A stretch of DNA of 64,000 nucleotides from Pristiophorus japonicus (GCF_044704955.1 NC_091990.1:176824001-176888000); one strand, 5' to 3'; numbered from the stretch's first letter, positions 37,755 through 52,300 are shown. A program made the numbers and translations. The notes: generated from the sequence alone by a model not told the origin.

Positions 37755-40700
37755 TTCATGCACAAGGACCCCCAGGTCCCTCTGCACCTCAGCAGGTTGT
37801 AATTTCTCCCCATTCAAATAATATTCCCTTTTACTGTTTTTTTTCCCCAAGGTGGATGATCTCACACTTTCCGACATTGTATTCCATCTGCCAAACATTA
37901 GCCCATTCGCTTAACCTATCTAAATCTCTTTGCAGCCTCTCTGTGTCCTCTACACAACCCGCTTTCCCACTAATCTTTGTGTCATCTGCAAATTTTGTTA
38001 CACTACACTCTGTCCCCTCTTCCAGGTCATCTATGTATATTGTAAACAGTTGTGGTCCCAGCACCGATTCCTGTGGCACACCACTAACCACCGATTTCCA
38101 ACCCGAAAAGGACCCGTTTATCCCGACTCTCTGCTTTCTGCTCGCCAGCCAATTCTCTATCCATGCTAATACATTTCCTCTGACTCCGCGTACCTCTATC
38201 TTCTGCAGTAACCTTTTGTGTGGCACCTTATTGAATGCCTTTTGGAAATCTAAATACACCACATCCATCGGTACACCTCTATCCACCATGCTCGTTATAT
38301 CCTCAAAGAATTCCAGTAAATTAGTTAAACATGATTTCCCCTTCATGAATCCATGCTGCGTCTGCTTGATTGCACTATTCCTATCTAGATGTCCCGCTAT
38401 TTCTTCCTTAATGATAGTTTCAAGTATTTTCCCCACTACAGATGTTAAACTAACCGGCCTATAGTTACCTGCCTTTTATCTGCCCCCTTTTTTAAACAGA
38501 GGCGTTACATTAGCTGCTTTCCAATCCGCTGGTACCTCCCCAGAGTCCAGAGAATTTTGGTAGATTATAACGAATGCATCTGCTATAACTTCCGCCATCT
38601 CTTTTAATACCCTGGGATGCATTTCATCAGGACCAGGGGACTTGTCTATATTGAGTCCCATTAGCCTGTCCAGCACTACCCCCCTAGTGATAGTGATAGT
38701 GATTGTCTCAAGGTCCTCCCTTCCCACATTCCTGTGACCAGCAATTTTTGGCATGGTTTTTGTGTCTTCCACTGTGAAGACCAAAGCAAAATAATTGTTT
38801 AAGGTCTCAGCCATTTCCACATTTCCCATTATTAAATCCCCCTTCTCATCTTCTAAGGGACCAACATTTACTTAATCACTCTTTTCCGTTTTATATATCT
38901 GTAAAAGCTTTTACTATCTGTTTTTATGTTTTGCGCAAGTTTAACTTCGTAATCTATCTTTCCTTTCTTTATTGCTTTTTTAGTCATTCTTTGCTGTTGT
39001 TTAGAATTTTCCCAATCTTATAGTTTCCCACTAACCTTGGCCACCTTATACGCATCGGTCTTTGATTTGATACTCTCCTTTATTTCCTTGGTTATCCACG
39101 GCTGGTTGTCCCTTCTCTTACCACCCTTCTTTTTCACTGGAATATATTTTTGTTGTGCACTATGAAAGAGCTCCTTAAAAGTCCTCCACTGTTCCTCAAT
39201 TGTGCCACCATTTAGTCTGTGTTTCCAGTCTACTTTAGCCAACTCTGCCCTCATCCCACTGTAGTCCCCTTTATTTAAGCATAGTACGCTCGTTTCTGAC
39301 ACAACTTCCTCACCCTCAATCTGTATTACAAATTCAAACATACCGTGATCACTCACTCCGAGAGGATCTTTTACTAGGAGATCGTTTATTTTTCCTGTCT
39401 CATTACACAGCACCAGATCTAAGATAGCTTGTTCCCTTGTAGGTTCTGTAACATACTGTTCTAAGAAAGAATCCCGTATGCATTCTATGAATTCCTCCTC
39501 CAGGCTACCCCGTACGATTTGAGTTGACCAATCGATATGTCGGTTAAAATCCCCCATGACTACTGCCGTTCCTTTTTCACATGCCTCCATTATTCCCTTG
39601 ATTATTGCCCGCCCCACCGTGAAGTTATTATTTGGGGGCCTATAAACTACGCCCAACAGTGACTTTTTCCCCTTACTATCTCTAATCTCCACCCACAATG
39701 ATTCAACATTTTGTTCATTAGAGCCAATATCGTCTCTCACAACTGCCCTATCATCCTTTATTAACAGAGCTACCCCACCTCCTTTCCCTTCTTGTCTATC
39801 TTTCCGAATCATCAGATACCCCTGTATGTTTAATTCCCAGATACCAATGGAAATTGACATGGGTGCATGTGTGTGTGTAGTATCGGAGTCACTGTACCTC
39901 GACAAATTGCGTGATTTTTAACTGGAGAAATCCAAGATAGAGCTGCGAGGCTACTCGGGAGAGAAAATTCCTGTGGTAGGTCGTATCACCGTACCGGTGA
40001 AATATAAAGATCAATTTCAGAACGTGCCTCTAATAGTAGTGAAAGGAGACAAGCTTGCCTTACTGGGAAGAAATTGGTTGAGCTCACTGAAGCTGGATTG
40101 GAGTAAGATTTTGTGTGTGGAAGCAAGATTTTCATCAATGGATGAGGTTATCAAGAAGTATCCGAAGGTGTTCTGTGAAACAGGCAGTCCGATCAAAGGC
40201 TTCAAGGCGAGTGTCAGGGTACAGAAGGACACTAGATCGGTTTACAACAAGCCACGTTCCGTACCACATGCACTCCAGGAGAAAGTTGAGCAAGAACTCA
40301 AAAGACTAGATAGACTGAGAACATTATTTGTAAGAGAGATCGATGTAATTGGGCTACACCCATTGTTGTTGTACCCAAGTCTGATGGTAAGGTAAGATTC
40401 TAAAGGGTAATGTCCCTAATACATTGCCGAATATAGAAGATTTGTTCACAACACTGACAGGTGGTCAGATCTTCTCAAAACTGGATCTTACGAATGCCTA
40501 CTTACAGCTTGAACTAGATGAGGAGTCCAAGTCATGTTTGACTATAAATACTCATCTAGACATATATCAATTTAATAGGCTACCGTTTGGAGTGTCTTCC
40601 GCCCCTACCATATTCCAAGGGGTGATGAACCAGATTTTGCAAGGTATTGAAGGGGTAGTATGTTATTTGGATGACATACTAATTTCAGCACCAAATAGGC

Positions 40701-43700
40701 AAATTCATAATAACATATTGAATGAAGTCCTCAAACGGCTAGAGAAGCACAGAGTACGAGTGTCTGCTTGTAAGTGTGAGTTAGTTAAAAACTCAGTGGA
40801 GTACTTAGGGTACAGAGTCGACAAAGATGGTTTACATCCAACCATGGAAAAATTGGATGCAATTAGAAATGCAACCACTCCCAGGAATGTCACTGAACTT
40901 CGTTCATTTTTGGGTCTTTTGAACTACCAAATTTGGCTACAGTATTACATCCACTGAATGAACTTTAAAAAAAAACAGATCCATTGGAAGTGATCAAAAG
41001 AATGCGATACAGCATTCAAGGAGTGTAAAAGCAAATTGGTAGAGAGCACCATGTTAGTTCACTTTGACATATCTAAGGAGATTAAGCTAGCATGTGATGC
41101 CTCTCCATATGGAGTTGGGGCAGTAATCTCTCATGTATTAAGTAGTGGGGAGGAGAGACCAATTGCTTTTGCTTCACGCACTCTCAGTGCCAGTGAGAGT
41201 AATTATGCGCAAATTGAAAGGAAAGCTTTGGCATTAATTTTTGGGGTCAAGAAGTTTCACTAATACTTGTATGGTCGTAAGTTTACCATCGTTACGGACC
41301 ATAAGCCCCCGACAGCAATCCTCCATCCAAAGTCCCCAGTTCCAACATTAGCTGCAGCCCGAATGCAGAGATGGGCTTTGATTTTGTCAGCATATACATA
41401 TGATATTGAATACAGACGATCAGCTGATCACAGTAATGCTGATGCAATGTCTAGCTTGCCTTCCCCATCACAAGTTACACCCGATAGGGAAGAAGTGTTT
41501 TATTTTTCATACATTGATGAACTGCCAGTCAAGCTGAAGAGATTGGTAGAGCAACCAAACGTGATCCAGTGATGTCAAAAGTGTATGAGTATATTGCAAA
41601 TGGATGGCCAAACCAGGTAACAGACAAAGATCCATTCTTCATTCGTAGGAATGAATTATCAGTCGATAAAGATTGTATCATGTCGGGTGCAAGAGTGGTT
41701 ATACCAAAGAAATTCAGGTCCAAATTATTAGGAGACCTCCATGACCAGCACCTGGGAATGTGCTTGACCAAGAGTTTTGCACGCAGTTATTTATGGTGGC
41801 CAGGTCTTGATAAAGATATAGAGTAAATTGTGAGTTAGTGTACGACATGTCAATCGGTAAGCAAGCAACCACCACCAGTACCATTACAGCCATAGAAATG
41901 GCCTCCCAGGGTGTGGCAAAGGCTACATATTGATTTTGCTGAGTTAGAAGGACAACAATTGTTCATTGTGATTGATAGCCATTCGAAGTGGGTTGAGGTG
42001 TTTCCAATGTGGAAAATAGCAACAAGTAAAACATTGGACATTTTACGAAAATTATTTTCTTCATTTGGCCTCCCTGAAAAAATTGTTTTGGATAATGGAC
42101 CACAATTTCATTCAGAAGAATTTGCACAATTCACAAGCAAAAATGGTGTGAAACATACCAAGGTTCCACCATACTATCCTGCTTCGAATGGTGCAGCAGA
42201 GCGCACTGTACAATTTATAAAACGTGCCCTCATAAAACAAATGTTAGATCCAAATCCAAGGAAACGACAGTTGTCATTGGATCACAAATTGGCTAATTTT
42301 TTGATTACATATCGAAATACTCCTTATACAACTACTGGTAGAACACCAGCAGAGTTGTTTCTCAAACGACAGCCATGAACCAGATTCTCGTTGTTAAAGC
42401 CAAATTTGGCACAGTCCGTAGAAGAGTCACAATTAAGACAGAAAGAGAATCATGATAAAGGTAGAATAAAAGAGAGAAGTGTGAAATTAAACCAGAAGGT
42501 GAGAGTGAAAAACCATCACCATAAATGGTTAAAGTGGTTACCAGGAAGAGTGGTGAAGATATGTGGTCCTCACACATATTTGGTAAAGCTGTTTGATAAT
42601 GGACAGGTTAGGTTTATTCATATTGATTATATTTTGCTTACAGACATGGAAGGAGTTGAAGGTGGGAATGATTCAATTATTTCTGACTCATCAGATAGTT
42701 TTGATATACCAGTAGCAAATCCTAAATCCAATGTACTGGAAACAAATCCAGGAGAGAATCAGAATGAAAGTTTGAGTCCGAGTCAGGAAAACAAAGAGCC
42801 TGAAGTTAGAGTGAGTTCAAATGAAAATCAAGGAAATTCCGTGGAGGAAAATGTTCCTTGAATGAGTTTAGATTCGACACCATGTTTGGAAGGTTCTGTT
42901 CGAGAGCGAAGGTATCCTCTTCGAAACAGAAAACAAGTGGTAAAGTTAAATTTGTAAATATGGAAAAAAAATAAGTTTATATCCAGTGTTATGTATAAAC
43001 ATGAAAGTTATGTATGATGTTTGTTATGATGGCTTCTTCATTAAGGAGGGAGAAGTGTTAGCTTGTAATGTTTGTAGCTCCATACTGTGGATGTGGACGT
43101 ATTGTGTACTGCAAGTGCAGGGTTAATAATAAACAGAACCAGACAGATTTCCGGAGATTTCCGAGAGAGCTGCCTGCCATGTTAGGAAGCTGTGTGTGCT
43201 GTGTTCTGTGAATATATCACACTGGAGATGTTCTGATGACATTTTGATAGGTCAAGAGGGAATAAATTCCAATCTTTCTTTATGTATTAAATCTATCTAA
43301 TCGTATTCTATTCTAACATTTCATACATCAGCATTATGCAAGGCCCTCTAACTCAACAGATATATTCTTTATCCAAATCTAATATTAATATAAACTGTAA
43401 AATAATTCATTGATTTTAAAGCTGTTTTAAAAAATAATTACTGCATTTTCCCAATGAATAGAAGCTTTTTCATTTAAGAAGAAAATAAGTTTTTGGACTG
43501 CACCAGGGAACAAGAGATGATAGAACTAGGTCCAGCTATTTCTGCATCTTTCTTATATTACTCAACAAAGGAACAAACAAACTTGCATTTACATAGCATC
43601 TATCACAGCCTCAGGTTGTCCCAAAGTGCTTCACAGTCAATTAATTACTTTTGAACTGCACTCACTGTTGTTGAATGGGCAAAAAAGGAGCTTTCCCTTT

Positions 43701-44054
43701 TAGTCCAGACCATAGTGTCTTCCTGCTGACCCTGATTGTGCCGGTAAACAAGGGATAGGAAGACTAGAGCAGCAAATATGACCACCCACATAATTTATTT
43801 TACATGCCAGAGACAAACCAAATTAACACAAGGCACAAGGGAAATACCAATAAACAGAAATACAAATAAGACAACATGTAAGCCATCCCTAGAAGAGGGA
43901 CAGTAAATGGCCAGTCATAATCAGCAGCCAATGAATGCTTCTCATCTACTGAAGCAGCAAATATGGGGATAAAAGAGTGTTCATGAGAACTACGAACTGT
44001 CTCTGCAGGTGAGACACAGACCAGTGGTTAAATGGAGCCAGAATGCTGAGGTAT

Positions 44055-46121
44055 GGGGCTAGAGTTTCCTCCGAAATCACCCATTTACCTCCCAAAAATA
44101 CAAGTTTCATCGAAAAAACACATTTACCACCCGACGGTAAATTCCAGTCATTACCGCCGGCCGGTATTCAATATTGTCCGCCCATATATTACCGCCCAAA
44201 ATGGAAGTTTACCACCGGACATTAATACTGTCCTGAAAAAGCAGGTCTCACTGAATCTTAAGTGGATCTTAAGAGCTGACAGGTTTGTTTGATATTACAC
44301 ACATCTTTATAGTTCACCACAGTTTGATGTATTTTTAAAGGGATTGTAGTATTTTTGTGTTAGGCAATAATATAAATGGTCTAATAAAGCCTTATTTACT
44401 CGTTTAGTCTCACTCACCCCTCAGTCTCTCCACCCCCCACAGTCTCTCTCACACCAGTGTCTCCTCCCCCTCACCCACCCCAGTATCTCATCACCCCCCA
44501 ACAGCAATTTCTCACCCCCCAGACAGCACTCTCACTCTCTTCTCTCCCACAGCGATCTCACTCTCTTCCCCCACCCCTCCCCTCACAGCGATCTCACTCT
44601 CTTCCCCCCCTCCCCTCACAGCAATCTCACTCTCTTCCCTCCCCCCGCCGACAGCAATCTCACTCTATGTTCCCCCCACCCCCCACAGCGATCTCACTCT
44701 CCCCCACCCCCTATAGCAATCTCACTCTCTCCCACCCCTCAAAGCGATCTCACTTTCCCCCCCACCACAGCTATCTCTTCCCGCCCCCACAGCGATCTCC
44801 CTCTCCCCCGCCTCCCCCCACCGCGATCTCTCCCTCTCTCCTCCGCGCCCCTCACAGCGATCTCTCTCTCCAGCCCCCCCCACAGCGATCTCCCCCGCCC
44901 CCACCCACTCCACAGCGATCTCTCCCTCTAGCTCCACCCGCCCCCACAGCACACACCGATCTCTCTCTCTCTCTTCCCCCCCCCGCCCCAGTGATCTCAC
45001 TCTCCCCCCCAGCGATCTCTCTCTCCTCGCCCCCTCACAGCGATCTCTCTCCAGCACAACCCCCACAGCAATCTCTCTCTCCCCCCCCACCCCCTCCAAG
45101 CGATCTCTCTCTCTCCCCCACGCCCCACAATGATCTCTCTCCCCCCATCCCAGTGATCTCTCTCCCCCACCCCACAACAGCGATCTCTCTCTCCAGCACA
45201 ATCCCCAACCCCCACCGCAATCTCTCTTTTCCCCCCCCCCCACCGATCTCTCTCTTCCCCCCCACCCCGAGCGATCTCTCTCCCCGCCCCCCCCCCCAGC
45301 GATCTCTCTTCCCCTCCCCCCCCACCCCTAGCGATCTCTCTCCCCGCCCCCCCACCCCCAACGATCTCTCTCTTCCCCTCCCCCCCCCCGCCCCTAGCGA
45401 TCTCTCTCCCCGCCCCCCCCACCGATCTCTCTCTTCCCCTCCCCCCCCCACCCCTAGCGATCTCTCTCCCTGCCCCCCCCCACCCCCAGCGATCTCTCTC
45501 TTCCCCCCCCACCCCCAGCGATCTCTCTCTCCCCCCCCACCCCCAGCGATCTCTCTCCCCGCCCCCCCCAGCGATCTCTCTCTTCCCCTCCCCCCCCCCC
45601 ACCCCTAGCGATCTCTCTCCCCGCCCCCCCCACCGATCTCTCTCTTCCCCTCCCCCCCCACCCCTAGCGATCTCTCTCCTCGCCCCCCCCACCCCCAGCG
45701 ATCTCTCTCTTCCCCTCCCCCCCCCACCCCTAGCGATCTCTCTCCTCGCCCCCCCCACCCCCAGCGATCTCTCTCTTCCCCTCCCCCCCCCCAGCGATCT
45801 CTCTCCCCGCCCCCCCACCCCTAGCGATCTCTCTCCCCACCCCCCCCAGCCCCAGCGATCTCTGGCCTCGCGTCGGTGCCTGAGGGGAGGGGGAGGCGGG
45901 AGAGCGGCGGAGCTTGACAGTTGACAGCCGCGCGCGCGCGTGCGCACAACTTGTGAGCCGAAGGTTCCCGAATCGATCCGCCTCCGCCGCCGCCGCCGCC
46001 GACATGCAGCACCCGAAAACCGCGCCAGCCCGCCGGCATCCCCTGGATGTTGAAAAAGAACGAACCGTCGGAACACCGCTGAGGGTCGGGCGGGGGCGAT
46101 TTAAAAGGAAAGTCCAGCCCC
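44055..46121. mobile_element. non-autonomous TIR element (Harbinger-like) with an internal minisatellite
   Basis: TIRs GGGGCTAGAGTTTCC / GGAAAGTCCAGCCCC (13/15); TSD not resolved. Confidence 0.6.
44410..45862. repeat. C-rich minisatellite, unit Cn-AGCGATCTCTCT
   Basis: Dozens of roughly 25-37 bp units with an (a)gcgatctc core separated by C runs. Confidence 0.95.
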
Positions 46122-49100
46122 TTGGGGTCTTGCCATTGAATAGTTTGCCACTATGTGAATTCCCTGAGGTATACTGCTCACAAATCCAATTGCTTCCGCA
46201 GGCGGCCAGTGGGGAAAGCCGTTTTTCTTAATGATGAGCCAGTCCAGACAACATCAAGGGAAGTCTCAATTGCTGACAAAAGGGAGGCCTCAGTTCAGAA
46301 TGCGGAATATGGAGACACTGATGCAGAGTAAGTGAGCAGCAGTCTGACTGAATTGCTGCAAAGAGCCAAGTCTCTTCTATGACAAATGGAGATGATCTAT
46401 TATTGGCTTTATTACTGGCTATAATGTTGCATAATGCTTTTTGCAAGCTGGAAATACAATCTAGTTAATATTCACCTTTCAACAACAACAGCTAATATTG
46501 CAGCGAAATCCCTGAGACGCATTAGCGAGATTTCAGTGACACATACATAATTATAGTGGCAGAAGCTGCATTCCCTCAATAGCATCAATGTGCACCTTAG
46601 AAATCACACAAAAAAAAATCAAAAATACCCAAAAGAGTCAAACAGGGGTTGTAACCAAATCGGCACAGAACCAACTGATGGCGAAAGAACCTTATCAGAG
46701 ATGGGGATGGGAGCAAACACACACAGGAGCCAAACTAATGGGGAGGAGGAGGAGGAGGAGGGGACCAAAATCTGGATTGGCACTGAATGGACAATGGGGG
46801 AAGGGGGTTACAGAGATCACATTGACAATTGACTCAACTTTGAATTGAACATTTTAAATAAAGTTAGTACTTTTCAAAGATTTGTTTCATGGTGGTTCGG
46901 GGTCCAAGGATATTGTCCTCGGTCTCTGACTGATGATCTCATTCAGCCCATTTACTTGTCGCACAAATGTTAGAAATGAACTCTTCAGTTTTCTTAGAAA
47001 ATATTAAGTTCACTGGGCTTCTGGTTATTGGGCTCCCATACCTAAAATAAAAATGGGGCAGATGGCAATTTTACCCCCTGTTACCCCACTGGATGAGTTC
47101 TCGATTGCTGCCTGGAGCAGGTTTCTCCCCGACCCTGCAGGCAGAGTCCGCCTGGACAGCTCCTGACCTCTAAGTAGGTTGTCTGATTGTTGTTGACTGT
47201 AAGCCAAGGACAGGAAGATCTGAAAGAGGGAAGGCAGGAGAGATGCAGAAAAAATGTAGCTTTTTAGAATTTGCCTATTACTCTCGAGGTGTTAGGATGC
47301 ATATAAATATCTAAGGTCCCAGGAGAGGCGAGAGTTCGTGGCTCAGTGGCAAATATTGTTTTATAACGCTCATGTGAAGCGCCTTGGAACGTTTTTCTAT
47401 GTTAAATACAAGTTGTTGCTGTTGTAGTGGCAATAGTTCTCAGTTTAATCCCTAGGACTCACTATATTTGCATATATAGTGGGCAGATAACCACAAACTA
47501 ATTCCTTGGGGAAGACACGGTTCGCTTACATAATTGATCAGTGACGCTGAAGCCAAGTGGTATATCTAACAGAAAACCCCAAAACATAATATTTTATATT
47601 TTTTTATATAATATTGGTGCAACACTTTTGGATATGGTGCATTTCAGTCTTATGTTTAATGACAGCAAGTACCATGTAGGTTTTCAGGTTGATTTCTTTC
47701 ATTTTCATCACGTGTGTGTTTGGAATGCAGAAGGAAGGGTGGCTTGAGCAGCAAGTGCATGTGGTTTTGGATACTGTATTCTGCTCATCATCGTCATAGG
47801 CAGTCCCCCGAAGCGAGGATGACTTGTTTCCACGCCAAAAAAGGATGAGTTCACAGGTGTGTCAATGAAGGACCTAATATTCCAGGTCCTGAACTACATC
47901 CTGAAGGGTGGAAGATGCCTGTGTGTGGATTTTTTTTAACGTGTGGTGGCCGTTGCACACCAGCCATCACACGGGCTTGACAGAGCTCAGTGTTGGTCCA
48001 GTGGCAAGGATTAACCAAGATGACTGGAGACCAGTTCTGCTGCACAGACCTAGTGCGCACACATATCGCAGTGTGGGCTGGCCTGTGCTGCCCCTGGGCC
48101 CCTGACCCTGAATTATGCTACTGCTTCAATCAAAGACCAAGCTGCAAGCAGGAACCTTCATCATGCTGTGAATCAGGAATTTCCCCTTGTAATACAGAAA
48201 CTGATTCAAAAAGGAACAAGGAACCTCGGGTAGGAACAGCAGCATACTAAAGATCTAAAGGCCATGATATCAACCCCTACCCACGAGTGTGTTGGGGGAT
48301 TGGGAAGTGAAATTGCGTAATCTGCCACTCACACGCCCACTGTTATTTTTCATAGCAGCGGAATGCGGGACATCTGAGTGTCCTTCCATGGAGAGGCGGA
48401 ACGCTTATTAACATATTTAAATTGTGCTCCAACAGTGCAACTGGGAGCCTGATTTGAAATTAACTTGTGCTGCATGGGTTTCCCAGGGGACAGGAAACTC
48501 AGCAGAGAATGTCAGCTCCCCAAGGTAAGTGGCTCCTTCAACAGTCCTCGTGGGTCAACAGGAGCACTCCCCCAGATGCCTCAAGAAAGCCTACATAACA
48601 GTTAAGAGCAGGAGTAGGCCATACGGCCCCTCAAGCCTACTCCGCCATTCAGTAAGACCATGGCTGATCTTTACCTCAACCGTAAGCCTCCCCCCACTAC
48701 CCAATTACCAATCGGAGCTTCCTCCCTCCCCCGCTCGATTTCCGGGGACCGTTCCCAAGGGTCCCCGATTGCAGCCTTCTGCCGTTCGTGTTCCCTCCCG
48801 CCCACTGGTCAGATTATCCTTTTGGCCGGCTGCTAAGCAGGAAGTGGCTACAAGAAGCAAACGAGGCCCTGCTATTCAGATTGGCAGGGTCTCCATGTCT
48901 CCAGCCTTGTCAAGTTAATTGGTTGTTTTCAGCTTCACCCACGCCCTCCCTGCAAATAATGGGGGTCAAAGTATCTCTAAACTGGGTGATACATTTGGCC
49001 TATCTAAACGGGATGGAGTTGGATGGGGAAAAGAGTGTCTCTATGAACGAGTGGAAGGAGTTAGATTACCTCTCTGTTTTAAGGTAGCCTTTGTGAAATT

Positions 49101-49309
49101 TTTTTCTAAATACAAGTACACAGAATGCACCATTTTAATGTTAAAGAAAATACCTAGAAATGCACTGACAGTGACCATCATCCACATTCATACGGTCAAC
49201 TTCCATACATACCCACGACTCCCAGCTCAAACTCTCCACTATCTCTCTGGAACAGTGATCAAGATTAGCGATAGAAAAAGGCAGGGAGCAATCTAGAGTA
49301 AAAATGTTT

Positions 49310-52300
49310 AACTGGGGGTGGTGGGGTGGAGGTTAATTTCACTGGGATGAGAACGGATCTGGCCTGGGTAAACTGGAATCAAAGATTGGCAGGTAAAACT
49401 GTATTGGAACAATGGGCTACCTATGAAGAGGAAATAGTTCAGGTACAGTTGAGGTACATTCCCACGAGGGGGAACGGTAGAGCAACTAAAGTCAGGGCTC
49501 CCTGGATAACGAAAGAGATAAGAGAATATGATGACGCAGAAAGAGAGTGCATATTGACAAATGTCAGCTTGCAAATACATCTGAAACAGGTGCAGCGTCG
49601 AAAATCCGGAATTCCGGAATAATCCAGACCGATCGGTGGCAGGGTCATCCCAATTCCGTAAAATGTTCTGAAATCCGGACCCGCTGATCGCGCCGACCTC
49701 GGGGTCCCACCACTGCCCGACCTGAGGCCTTGCCTCACCGCCTCTCCTGCTGCCGCAGCCCTTACCTCGGGGCCTCCTCGTCAGCCCGCCTGAACAGCTC
49801 CTCGGTGGTGGGGCCTTGCCCCATGACCTCATCGACGGGGCCGACGGCCCGAACAGCTCCTCAGCGGGGTCCCCCCACTCCCTTTCTGACATTCCGAAAT
49901 CTGAAAATACCCGAACCTGGGCTTGGGTGTTTCTGGATTCGTGACGTCAGAAAGACGATCGAAAGTCCGGAAAAGCCCGGAATCCGGAAGGCCCTCAGTC
50001 CAGACAGTTCCGGATTCGCGACACTGCACCTGTATATAGAAATGTCAGAGGAGAAGTGAAAAAGAAAATAAGAGGGGAAAAGAGGGGGATGAGAATAGAA
50101 TGGCAGCCAACATAAAAGGTAATCCAAAAGTCATCTATAGGCACATGAGGTGGGGTGGGTAGATTAGGGACCAAAAAGGTGACCTATACTTGGAGGCAGA
50201 GGGTATGGCTGAAGTACTAAATGAGTACTTTGCACCTGTCTTCTCCAAGGAAGAGAATGCTGCCATAGACATAGTGAAGATACTTGATAAAATAAAAAAT
50301 GATAAAGAGGAAGTATTAGAAAGGCTGGCTGAATTTAAAATAGATAAATCACCAGGACCAGATGGGATGCATCCTAGGATGATGAAGGAATTGAGAGAGG
50401 AAATCGCAGAGCTACTGGCCATAATATTCCAATCTTCCTTAGATACGGGGCTGGTGCCAGAGGACTGGAGAATTGCAAATGTTACACCATTGTTCAAAAA
50501 AGGGTGTAAAGATAAACCCAGCAACTGCAGACCAGCCAGTTTATCCTTGGTGGTGGGGACGCTTTTAGAAACAGTAATCAGGGACAAAATTAACAGTCAC
50601 TTGGATGAGTGGAGATAAACGAAAGAAAGCCAGCATGGATTTGTTAAAGGCAAATCGTGTTTTTTGATGAGGTAACAGGGTTGATGAGGATAATGCAGTT
50701 GACGTATGCAATGATTTCCAAAAGACTTTCGACGAAGTGCCATATAATAAACTTGCCAGCAAAGTTGAAGCCCATGGAATAAAAGGAACAGTGACAGCAT
50801 GGATACAGAATTATGACATGATTAAGAAACAGAGAATGGTTGTTTTTCGGACTGGAGGAAGGTATACAGTGGTTTTCCCCAGGGGTCGGTTCTAGGACCA
50901 CTGCTTTTCTTGAGATATATTAATGACTTGGATGTGAGTGCACAGGGCACAATTTCAAAATTTACAGATGACACAAAACTCGTAAGAATAGTGAACAGTG
51001 AGGAGAGGGATAGACTTGAGGAAGACATGGGGGTAATATATTAGCATGGATAAAGAATTGGTTAATGAACGGAAAACAGAGAGTCGGGATAAATGGTTCA
51101 TTCTCTGGTTGGCAATCAGTAACTAGTGGGGTGCCGCAGGGATCAGAGCTGGGACCCCTACTATTAACAATCTATATTAACGACTTGGAAGAAGGGACTG
51201 AGTGTAACGTAGCCAAGTTTGCTGACGATACAAAGATGGGAGGAAAAACAATGTGTGAGGAGGACACAAAAAATCTGCAAAAGGACATTGACAGGCTAAG
51301 TGAGTGGGCAAAAATTTTGCAGATGGAGTATAATGTTGGAAAGTGTGAGGTCATGCACTTTGGCAGAAAAAAATCAAAGAGCAAGTTATTATTTAAATGG
51401 AGAAAGATTGCAAAGTGCTGCAGTACAGCGGGACCTGGGGGTACTTGTGCATGAAACACAAAAGGATAATATGCAGGTACAGCAAGTGATCAGGAAGGCC
51501 AATGGAATCTTGGCCTTTATTGCAAAGGGGATGGAGTATAAAAGCAGGGAAGTCTTGCTACAGCTATACAGGGTATTGGTGAGGCCACACCTGGACTACT
51601 GCATGCAGTTTTGGTTTCCATATATACGAAAGGATATAGTTGCTTTAGAGGCAGTTCAGAGAAGGTTCACTAGGTTGATTCCGGAGATGAGGGAGTTGAC
51701 TTATGAGGAAAGGTTGAGTAGGTTGGCCCTCTACTCAATGAAATTCAGAAGAATGAGAGGTGATCTTATTGAAACGTATAAGATTATGAGGGGGCTTGGC
51801 AAGGTGGATGCAGAGAGGATGTTTCCACTGATGGGGGAGACTAGAATTAGAGGGCATGATCTTAGAATAAGGGGCCTCCCATTTAAAACTGAGATGAGGA
51901 GAAATTTATTTCTGAGGGTTGTGAATCTGTGGAATTCACTGCTCAGAGAGCTGTGGAAGCTGGGACCTTGAATAAATTTAAGACAGTGTCTTAAACGATA
52001 AGGGGTTATGGGGAGCGGGCAGGGAAGTGGAGCTGAGTCCATGATCAGATCAGCCATGATCTTATTGAATGGCGGAGCAGACTCGAGGGGCCGTATGGCC
52101 TGCTCCTGCTCCTATTTCTTATGTTCTTATAGACAGGCTGGTGAAACGGGCGGACACACGGCAAATAAAATTTAACGCAGAAAAGTACGAAGTGATACAT
52201 TTTGGTAGAAAGAATGAGGAGACGACACAAACTAAATTGTCCAATCCTGAAGAGGGTGCACGAACAGAGAGAATTGGGGGTATGTGTGCACAAATCGTTG

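Larger units (their letters stand above)
35946..39840 (-). mobile_element. CR1 LINE inserted at the Gypsy gag/protease junction
   Basis: Endonuclease (YRPP, GDFN, SDH) and RT (FADD) fragments; acataagaa tail at the left; Gypsy reads across (..AGFK|IPMEID..). Confidence 0.92.
34645..43221 (+). mobile_element. full-length but degenerate Ty3/Gypsy element
   Basis: LTRs at 34645-34816 and 43056-43221; PBS TGGTGAC at 34819; gag with zinc knuckles (34980-35945); protease, RT (YLDD), RNase H and integrase at 39841-42860; PPT AAGGAGGGAGAAG at 43043-43055. Confidence 0.92.

Noticed and set aside
44410-45862. CRISPR-like array
   Set aside because: The spacers are C homopolymers rather than unique sequence, there are no cas genes, and the context is eukaryotic.
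44457-46076. Long Pro-rich and Gly/Arg-rich ORFs (also 54751-55393)
   Set aside because: Translations of minisatellites, open in several frames on both strands.
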